From assembly GCA_016845365.1 (NCBI GenBank), contig JAERST010000001.1:79666-143665 (forward strand): 64,000 nucleotides of DNA, given 5' to 3'. The position numbers were made by a program, and so were the translations under genes. Positions 16,126 through 23,170 of this stretch are shown here, in pieces; positions within the stretch are counted from its first letter, which is position 1, and every line of letters begins with the position of its first letter. The DNA is from Methanobacteriota archaeon (GTDB lineage Archaea; Thermoplasmatota; Poseidoniia; Poseidoniales; Thalassarchaeaceae). Under the pieces are notes generated by a model. That model saw nothing but the letters and a program-made list of their open reading frames with translations, was not told where the DNA came from and did no database searches.

Positions 16126-17849
16126 CTTGCTTCCTCCAAGGCTTGGAGGTCGCCTCCGAATCTCTCGAATAATCGCTCGATTGCCTGCCGGAGATGTTCT
16201 TCGCTTTCATCCAATTCGCGTAGGTTTTCTTCCAACACATTTCGAGTAATTTCACGATTGTGTTCAACCACCTCTTCTCTCTCAAAATCGATATTATCCC
16301 AATCATAATCTTCCTCGTAATACTCATCTTCTTCGATCTCATCTTCATCCATCAAGAGCTCTTCATCGTCGGGGACTCCGTGGACATAATCGTCGACCAA
16401 ATGGTCCCACCAACACGGCGCTTCGACCCTCCTCTTCTGCCACCCCTTGTGCTTGCTCAGCAAATCCAGGAGGTGATGGAGAGTGATGATTCCCGTCTGA
16501 CTCTCGAGGTCGTTATGCAATGCCAAGAGATAGCTGGCGGCGACATCGCCGGTGGGGATGTCGTGTCCCGCTTGACTATCGATACAGATTTGCACGCCAC
16601 GTTCTATAGCATCTTCAAACATCGATTCGTGGGGAATCGCGTTGACGAGGAATTTCTTCGGGTCTGCTGTGGCAAGCAGAACATAGTGCAGACCGCTAGC
16701 CCCTTTGACTCGCAATCCGAGTTTGGTAGAGTCGACGCGCACTGGTTCCATCGAAGAGTGTTCACCGAGAGTCTCAACCGTCTTCTTGAGGAAGAGAACG
16801 GAATTCCGCTGACTCGAGGTTGGGACCCAGAATTCATCTTCTGAGTTCCAGCACCAAAACAAGTCATTCAACTTCTCAGAATGTTCTGTTCCTGGGGGCT
16901 CGAAGGTCCAAGCCATCAGCAAGCGCCAAACTCGAGGTTCGACCATCACAGGAATCGGGGTAGGCTTACCATCGACGAGCGCAAGTAGGCAAAAGCGCTC
17001 GTTGACAACGACGAGTTTGGGAGTGATGAAATGCCCAAGCAGGGTCACGATGGCGGCTTGACGGTCTTCTAGAATCTCCAGCCATGTTTCAGCAGCTCTG
17101 CCGCCTTGTTCCTCGATCAATTCGATATTTCCGTCAATCAATTCTCTGAGTGGTGCATCCCCACCGAGTTTATCTCTCTCGAGCAAGGTCAAAAATCGTA
17201 GGAATGGATGCATCAAATGTCTGACAGAGAAGTTGTCAGAGATTCCCATCATATGAGGCTCGACACCATGCCATGCATTGTGTCGGTACCACTCAGCCCA
17301 ATTGTCGATTGTCTCTGGATGGCAATCACGTAGGCAGCAAGACATCGCGAAGAGGAAATGTTTCCAATTTACAACCGACCCAACCCGAGCGGGATTTGAC
17401 ATCCATAGAGCGATGTCTCGCATCGGTAGTGGGCCCGGGAGTGTGATATCGTCAATCGAGATTTTGGAGTCGGCGCCAACTTTGAGAATGCTTCCTCCCG
17501 GCAGCGGCAGTCCGCCGTTACTGGTAATTCCGTGAAGGTTGAGAATCCGTCCGTACTGCCGCCACTGCTCAGCCGCTGCCTCGCTGAAATAAGGCGGTTG
17601 ACCACGCCGAGAGCGGAGAGCGCGAGGTAATTCGGAATCGATGGTCTCCGCCTCGGCGAGCATCATCAATCTCTGTTCATGAGTCAGCCCGCGGCCGGGT
17701 CTGAGAATCGCTTTCATTTCGGCTAAGTCGCCGGTCTGAGGGATATTTTGTTGGGACAATCCAGTGATTCCACGGGCAGTTAGGGAGCAGACCGCGCAGT
17801 CGTGAATGAAGTTAGAAGTAGCATGTCCACACCAGCAGAGATTAGGCAT
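16122..17849 (-). CDS. large Zn-knuckle protein, paralog B (575 aa), with a UBC-like segment and a hyper-acidic C-terminal region
   Basis: N-terminal CWC-x10-CAVC. Internal FLVNAIPHESMFEDAIERGVQICIDSQ...VAASYLLALHNDL (Cys422 codon at 16584-16586). Acidic DDEELLMDEDEIEEDEYYEEDYDWDNIDFEREE. Collinear similarity to the 635-aa protein. Confidence 0.65.
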   Translation of the reverse strand: MPNLCWCGHATSNFIHDCAVCSLTARGITGLSQQNIPQTGDLAEMKAILRPGRGLTHEQRLMMLAEAETIDSELPRALRSRRGQPPYFSEAAAEQWRQYGRILNLHGITSNGGLPLPGGSILKVGADSKISIDDITLPGPLPMRDIALWMSNPARVGSVVNWKHFLFAMSCCLRDCHPETIDNWAEWYRHNAWHGVEPHMMGISDNFSVRHLMHPFLRFLTLLERDKLGGDAPLRELIDGNIELIEEQGGRAAETWLEILEDRQAAIVTLLGHFITPKLVVVNERFCLLALVDGKPTPIPVMVEPRVWRLLMAWTFEPPGTEHSEKLNDLFWCWNSEDEFWVPTSSQRNSVLFLKKTVETLGEHSSMEPVRVDSTKLGLRVKGASGLHYVLLATADPKKFLVNAIPHESMFEDAIERGVQICIDSQAGHDIPTGDVAASYLLALHNDLESQTGIITLHHLLDLLSKHKGWQKRRVEAPCWWDHLVDDYVHGVPDDEELLMDEDEIEEDEYYEEDYDWDNIDFEREEVVEHNREITRNVLEENLRELDESEEHLRQAIERLFERFGGDLQALEEAR

Positions 17850-17975
17850 AATCAGATATCAACGTCGAGAGTATTTGAACTCGGAATTGGCGAACCCCTT
17901 TCCACACCTCGCACAGCGGGAATTCTCCACCCGCGCCGGGTGAGTATTGAAGGTAGGAGGCACATTCGATAGTCG

Positions 17976-18440
17976 ATGGCCGATCCGACTGAGGCACACA
18001 TCTGCCCGCGCGATGGCTCCCCCCTCGTGCCTCCAGCAGAGTCGGATCGCTCGGCTTACATCCGCCACGGAATCCACCACTGCGACACGTGCGCGGGCAT
18101 GCTTCTCAATGCCGAGGCCGCCGAGGACGCCATCTGTGCAACCAAGCTCGAAGAGATGCACGAAGGCTTCACTGAAGAGGGAACGCCAGTCGACATCGAT
18201 TGCCCATTCTGCGATGCGCAGATGCGAGTCCGCAATTTTGCTTTCCAGCGCATCGATGGCAGCCTCACCGAGCCGATTGAAATCGACGGCTGCCCAAATT
18301 GCACATCGTTTTGGTTAGACGCGGGCGAACTCCACAGATTGTCACCGCCCGCGAACGGCGATCGCACAGCTCGCGTCGAGGCCAACGCGCTCGCCGTCGT
18401 CCTCGAAATTCTCTTCCAATTGCCAATCGTCCTACTCTGA
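17976..18440 (+). CDS. double zinc-ribbon protein (zf-TFIIB / PF13453-like)
   Basis: CPRDGSPL...HHCDTCAGMLL and CPFCDAQM...CPNCTSFWLDAGELHRL; the C..C-WLD-GEL pattern is typical of this family. Divergent from the giant-paralog operon. Confidence 0.6.
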   Translation: MADPTEAHICPRDGSPLVPPAESDRSAYIRHGIHHCDTCAGMLLNAEAAEDAICATKLEEMHEGFTEEGTPVDIDCPFCDAQMRVRNFAFQRIDGSLTEPIEIDGCPNCTSFWLDAGELHRLSPPANGDRTARVEANALAVVLEILFQLPIVLL

Positions 18441-18529
18441 TGCGAAGTGCATAATCACGCACCGACCGACCAATCGTTCTGCTCTGACCGGCACGCGCAC
18501 AGGACCGACCAGTCTTTCGGAGAAGTCCC

Positions 18530-19102
18530 TCAGAGAATTCCCGTCGCAAGAAGCGCAGCGAAGAAGAACATCAGCACACCCATCGCGCCATCAATCAAGT
18601 GAGCCCGCGCACGCAATTTGTCCACAGCCCCAGAATCCGAGAGCACGGTCGCAACACCGACATACCAAGTCCCATCGATTGCCAGCCCAAGAGCACCCAT
18701 CCCAACAAGGGTCTGAAAACTCGCCCCCGGCTCAATGAAAGGAGCATAAATCGCCATCATCCAAGCCAAAATCTTCGGATTGAACAGCGCGATCAAGAAT
18801 CCTTGAACAAAACCCGCCCGTTCAGCATGACCATGGCTCTCAGCAGACAATTCCGCCGGCGGACCAGCCCGCGCATGCCTCAGAAAAACAAACCCGAGAT
18901 AGATCAGAAGAAGCATCCCGCCCCAGCGAAGCACCTCCTCGGTGGCGGGATGAGCGGCAAGAGCAATCGACAGCCCAGCCGCAGTCGAGAAGGCGTAAAT
19001 CCCGAAACCAATCCCATGACCAATCCCAGTAGCAACACCCATCCGCTTACCGCCAGCCATGGTATTTCGAATCACCACAGCAACCGAAGGACCAGGAGAC
19101 AT
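18530..19102 (-). CDS. LysE/RhtB-family amino-acid exporter (true start probably upstream, see findings)
   Basis: SPGPS...GIGHGIGFGIYAFSTAAGL, typical of the LysE family, with multiple TM helices. Confidence 0.75.
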   Translation of the reverse strand: MSPGPSVAVVIRNTMAGGKRMGVATGIGHGIGFGIYAFSTAAGLSIALAAHPATEEVLRWGGMLLLIYLGFVFLRHARAGPPAELSAESHGHAERAGFVQGFLIALFNPKILAWMMAIYAPFIEPGASFQTLVGMGALGLAIDGTWYVGVATVLSDSGAVDKLRARAHLIDGAMGVLMFFFAALLATGIL

Positions 19103-19209
19103 CGCTCCCAGAATTAGGACCGCAGCAAGCCCAAGCCAAGCCTCAGGAGTCAGCTCGAAGCCCCCAATTTACAGGCCGAAATGCAGGCAGGCAACGCCAG
19201 CCCAAGACC

Positions 19210-21003
19210 TCAAGCATCAGCGTACATGCTGTCGATGACATCAGCCCAATTCTCGCGAATTTGCTTCCGGCGAATCTTCAGAGTCGGAGTCAATTCACCA
19301 TCATCGACGGTCAAGTCGCGAGGCAAAATTGCGAACTTCTTCAATTGCTCAGGATTGCTGAACTGACCATTCAACTCGTCAACGGCAGCTTGAATCTCAG
19401 CTCGAACTTCAGCACTGCCGGTGAAATCAGACAGCGAGGAACCCAAGGATTCCAACATAGCCAATTGTTCAGCAGGGTCCTTCGGGATATCGTTCGGGTC
19501 TTGGCCGAACTTGTCGCGAATAATCGCCCCAGCATCGAGAGTAAACAACGCACTGCAGTACTTTCGTCCGTCCCCAACGAGGAAACATTGGGAGATAATT
19601 GGAATCGATTTCATCGTCTCCTCGATGACGAGCGGTGCGATATTCTTGCCTCCGCTCGAGACATAAATCTCCTTCTTGCGACCGGTGATGAAAACGAAGC
19701 CATCATCATCGATTCGGCCGACATCACCAGAATGCAACCAACCGTCCGAATCAATCGTCTCAGCGGTCGCCTCCGGATTGTTGTAGTAACCCTTCATCAC
19801 GTGGTCACCGCGCATCAGAATCTCACCGTCGCCAGCGATCATCATCTCGGTGCCCGGGAAGGCCTTTCCAACCGAGCCGATGCGCATTGCGCCCGGCGCG
19901 TTCAACGTTGCACCAGCAGTATCCTCAGTCATCCCGTAACCCTCGAAAATCGGAATGTCAAGAGAGTGGAATAAGCGCAGAATATCGTGATTAATCGGCG
20001 CCGCGCCAGTAATCGCAAAGCGGCAATTAGCAAAGCCGATTTTCGCCTTCAACTTCCCCTTAATCTTGCCATTGATTCCTGGAATCTTCAGCAGAATTCT
20101 AAGAATAGCCTTAGCATCTAACGCCGCCTTCACATTCGAGTAAATCTTCTCGTAGATTCGTGGAACACCGATGAATAGGTGAGGCTGAACCTCCTTCGCA
20201 TAATCCACAACGTGAATCGGCGAATCAACAACGTGCATGTGCATCGCCTGTCGAACGCAATAGCCGCAGTCGACCAATTGCCCGAAAACGTGCGCCAGCG
20301 GCAACCAAGAGACGTATTTTTCGCCCTGCTCATACGTGAAAATTTGCGCAACAGCGTCCAATTCGAACTCCATATTGCGGTGCGTCAACATGACTCCCTT
20401 CGGATTCCCAGTCGTCCCGCTCGTGTAAATCAGAGAAGCCACATCGTCTCCCTGAATCGCGTCCGCTCGCTCCGTAACCACCGAATCAGCAAGCGAATTG
20501 CCCTTCGAGTAAAATTCGGACCAACTCATCATCTTTGGATGGTCCAAAACCTCGACCCCGTCGAACACAATAACATGCTCGACCGAATCCAAGTTCGCCA
20601 GCGCCTCGTGGAGTCGATGGACTGGCATCTTCGAAGTATCGCCCCCGTCCATCGGGTTGTCACCAACAAAGACAATCCTCGACTCCGAGTTGCCGACAAC
20701 CCACTCAACCTCTTCCGGAGAACAGGTGTGGTAGACCCCGACGACCGCCCCTCCGGCCATTTGACCAGCAGCGTAGCAGGTGTACCACTCCGAGCGATTG
20801 TAGGAGTAAATCGAGAGATTTTCGCGAGCCTCGTAGCCTAAAGCGATGAGCGACTTTGCGATATTCATTGCATTTGCATTGTACTCACCCCAGCTCATCG
20901 TCTCCCAATCGCCAGCATCATTCTTCCAAGAAATCGCGGGCTCGTTCTCGTATTCTGCTGCATTCTTCATCAGATGTTGCGGTATGAACATGGAATCAAC
21001 CAA
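19210..21003 (-). CDS. long-chain acyl-CoA synthetase (AMP-forming ligase)
   Basis: AMP-binding signature IYTSGTTGNPKGVMLTHRN, plus GYGMTE and a GWLHSGDVGRIDDDGF..GRKK tail. Confidence 0.85.
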   Translation of the reverse strand: MVDSMFIPQHLMKNAAEYENEPAISWKNDAGDWETMSWGEYNANAMNIAKSLIALGYEARENLSIYSYNRSEWYTCYAAGQMAGGAVVGVYHTCSPEEVEWVVGNSESRIVFVGDNPMDGGDTSKMPVHRLHEALANLDSVEHVIVFDGVEVLDHPKMMSWSEFYSKGNSLADSVVTERADAIQGDDVASLIYTSGTTGNPKGVMLTHRNMEFELDAVAQIFTYEQGEKYVSWLPLAHVFGQLVDCGYCVRQAMHMHVVDSPIHVVDYAKEVQPHLFIGVPRIYEKIYSNVKAALDAKAILRILLKIPGINGKIKGKLKAKIGFANCRFAITGAAPINHDILRLFHSLDIPIFEGYGMTEDTAGATLNAPGAMRIGSVGKAFPGTEMMIAGDGEILMRGDHVMKGYYNNPEATAETIDSDGWLHSGDVGRIDDDGFVFITGRKKEIYVSSGGKNIAPLVIEETMKSIPIISQCFLVGDGRKYCSALFTLDAGAIIRDKFGQDPNDIPKDPAEQLAMLESLGSSLSDFTGSAEVRAEIQAAVDELNGQFSNPEQLKKFAILPRDLTVDDGELTPTLKIRRKQIRENWADVIDSMYADA

Positions 21004-21071
21004 AGGTTGTATGACGATGATTCACTTAAGGAGATTCTCTATGGTGATAAATTGCCGCTGATTCATGCGTT

Positions 21072-21818
21072 TCAAGGCAATACTGCTCTGACATTTGCGC
21101 GCCAATCGGCCCCGCCGTTGCGGTTGGCGAGGGGAGAGGCGGGGCTTGGATGCCAGCAGGTTGTGACCTCGACATCGGTGTTGGATAGGGCTGCAGCAGC
21201 ACGTTTTTCGGAGTAGCGGCCTACTCCGATTACGCGCTCGATGTCGAGTATATCGACCACCTCGCGGAGGTGGTCGTCGCACCTCTCGAGCAGGGCGCGA
21301 GCGGTGGGACCAGCGATTTTGTCGGGCGTGATATTGGTTGCTCTCTCGCCCGCGAATAGCATCAGCGGGCAATGATTGACGATGAAAACCCGCTGAAAAA
21401 TTGACGCGGCATCGCCATAATGGTCAGCCAAAAGGCCCCAAAGGCGAGTGCCGCTGACTTCCTCTTTTGGCCAATCGAGCCCGCTCACGGCTCGCTTGGG
21501 GTGCGGATTCCGCGGCTGGTCAACTGGGAGATCGCGGATTCCGAGCAAGTCCCGCACGACGCTGGTTGCGGCGAATGGAATCCCCATTTGCCCCATCCCG
21601 TGCGGGCCTGGATTCATTCCAAGAAGCAGTGTTTTCGCACCGCCGCCAGCCGCCATTTCGACAAAGGCCCGGTGCGGCTCCCACGCGTAAGAGAGGGGAT
21701 TGTACACAGCATCGACCGAACCCTCTGCCACCAGTGCGTCGGCAAAGGGTTCGACCTCGTCGCGCAGTCGAGTGGAAGCGGCGACCATCCGCGCGACGAT
21801 ATCACCCGTCTCCGACAT
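21072..21818 (-). CDS. SMUG1-like (family 3) uracil-DNA glycosylase
   Basis: Motif 1 LLLGMNPGPHGMGQMGIPFA and motif 2 CWHPSPASPLANR closely match the SMUG1 signatures GMNPGPFGMAQTGVPF / HPSPRNPQAN. Confidence 0.8.
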   Translation of the reverse strand: MSETGDIVARMVAASTRLRDEVEPFADALVAEGSVDAVYNPLSYAWEPHRAFVEMAAGGGAKTLLLGMNPGPHGMGQMGIPFAATSVVRDLLGIRDLPVDQPRNPHPKRAVSGLDWPKEEVSGTRLWGLLADHYGDAASIFQRVFIVNHCPLMLFAGERATNITPDKIAGPTARALLERCDDHLREVVDILDIERVIGVGRYSEKRAAAALSNTDVEVTTCWHPSPASPLANRNGGADWRANVRAVLP

Positions 21819-21826
21819 CGGCTCAC

Positions 21827-22336
21827 CTACTGCTTGACATCGCCGACTGTCGCGCCCGAGATGCTCTGCAACTCGGCCGGAGAAATCGGAAATACGGTCT
21901 TGGCCGAGCCACCAGCTCCCCAGACCGTCTCGTAGAGAAATAGGTCCTCATCCATCAGAACGGTGCAGGGTTTGGTGTGACCAAATGGAGGCACACCACC
22001 GGGTGCATAACCGGTATTTTCGAGGATGTATTCAGCATCGGTCATGCTCGGTTTGTAGCCGAGCAATCGCTTGATTTTCCGCTTTCGATTCACCCGATTC
22101 GCACCGCTGGTGATAACCACAACCGCACCCTCCTCGCCCGCGAAAACAATCGATTTAGCGATGTGAGCTACATCGCAGCCGAGTTGGTTAGCCGCATCCT
22201 CGCTCGTGCGCGTACCATCTTCGTAGAGGTGAGTGTCCGGCTCGTAACCGATTTGCGCGCACTGGGCAAGCCACAACTCATGCCCATCCATGCCTCCCGA
22301 TAGTGGCAGCCCGACTTCATCATTGGGGCATCGCAT
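21827..22336 (-). CDS. ybaK: YbaK/EbsC-type aminoacyl-tRNA deacylase domain protein (alternative start at 22291)
   Basis: IAKSIVFAGEEGAVVVITSGANRVNRKRKIKRLLG...GYAPGGVPPFGH. Confidence 0.7.
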   Translation of the reverse strand: MRCPNDEVGLPLSGGMDGHELWLAQCAQIGYEPDTHLYEDGTRTSEDAANQLGCDVAHIAKSIVFAGEEGAVVVITSGANRVNRKRKIKRLLGYKPSMTDAEYILENTGYAPGGVPPFGHTKPCTVLMDEDLFLYETVWGAGGSAKTVFPISPAELQSISGATVGDVKQ

Positions 22337-22363
22337 TGAAGCGACGAACCCCGAGGCCGAAGC

Positions 22364-23137
22364 GTGGACAGACTGCTCGAACCGCTGATGATTCGGCGCG
22401 TCGGCGTCGCGATGGCGACTGTTTGGGCGGCGACGCTCGCAACCGTCTACGCGATATGGTTAAGCGACGGTTGCCAAGCATTCATGCCATTCATTTCGGA
22501 CACGGATGTCTATCCGGGAACCGACCTCGCCTTCACCATCGGACTCACCCTCGCCGGCGCCTTGATGCTGCTCAGCTCATGGCAAATCGGAACCTACAGA
22601 GGTCATTGGCTCGAAGCCTCAGGCGTCGAGCCAAAATGGGTCACAGTCAATCGATTTGGAATGATGGCCGGAATGGCCGCCGCCATCTGCGTTATCTGGA
22701 TAGCCGACACTCCGTGGAATGAGAATCTCTACCTCCACATTGCCCAAGCCTTCGTCATCTTCGGCGGTGGACTCACCTTCATCTTCTGCCAAACTCTCCT
22801 AACAGATCCGATGGCTCAAATCGAGCCGCGATTCGAGTCACTGAAGAAGCCGCGGCTCACCTTCCTCATCCTGACGATAGCGAGCATCTGTCTAATCTTC
22901 CTCAACTTCCTCAAGATGTCAGCAGCGACAGACGACATCTCATTCACGGGCATCCGCTCGATAATGGACGCACATTTCACCGAGGTCGAAACCTGCACCA
23001 CACTCACCCACCAAGCCCTCTCCGAGGCCGCTTTCTTCGAATGGACGATGACCGCCGGCCTCGGCCTCTCACTCCTAACAGTCCTGCCAGAAATCTCCAT
23101 CCTGACATCATCCACCTCCGACGATTCAGAGGAGTGA
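22364..23137 (+). CDS. multi-pass membrane protein, unknown function
   Basis: 257 aa with about six hydrophobic helices and an acidic C-terminus. Confidence 0.5.
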   Translation: MDRLLEPLMIRRVGVAMATVWAATLATVYAIWLSDGCQAFMPFISDTDVYPGTDLAFTIGLTLAGALMLLSSWQIGTYRGHWLEASGVEPKWVTVNRFGMMAGMAAAICVIWIADTPWNENLYLHIAQAFVIFGGGLTFIFCQTLLTDPMAQIEPRFESLKKPRLTFLILTIASICLIFLNFLKMSAATDDISFTGIRSIMDAHFTEVETCTTLTHQALSEAAFFEWTMTAGLGLSLLTVLPEISILTSSTSDDSEE

Positions 23138-23170
23138 CGACACCCAAAGGGTGTCGGCCCCAAAGCACCG

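Noticed and set aside
16060-17840. N-terminal Cys clusters of the giant paralogs as RING/E3 domains
   Set aside because: Only four Cys/His ligands are present in each (a single zinc knuckle or ribbon), not the eight-ligand cross-brace of a RING. The E3 idea is therefore unsupported by sequence.
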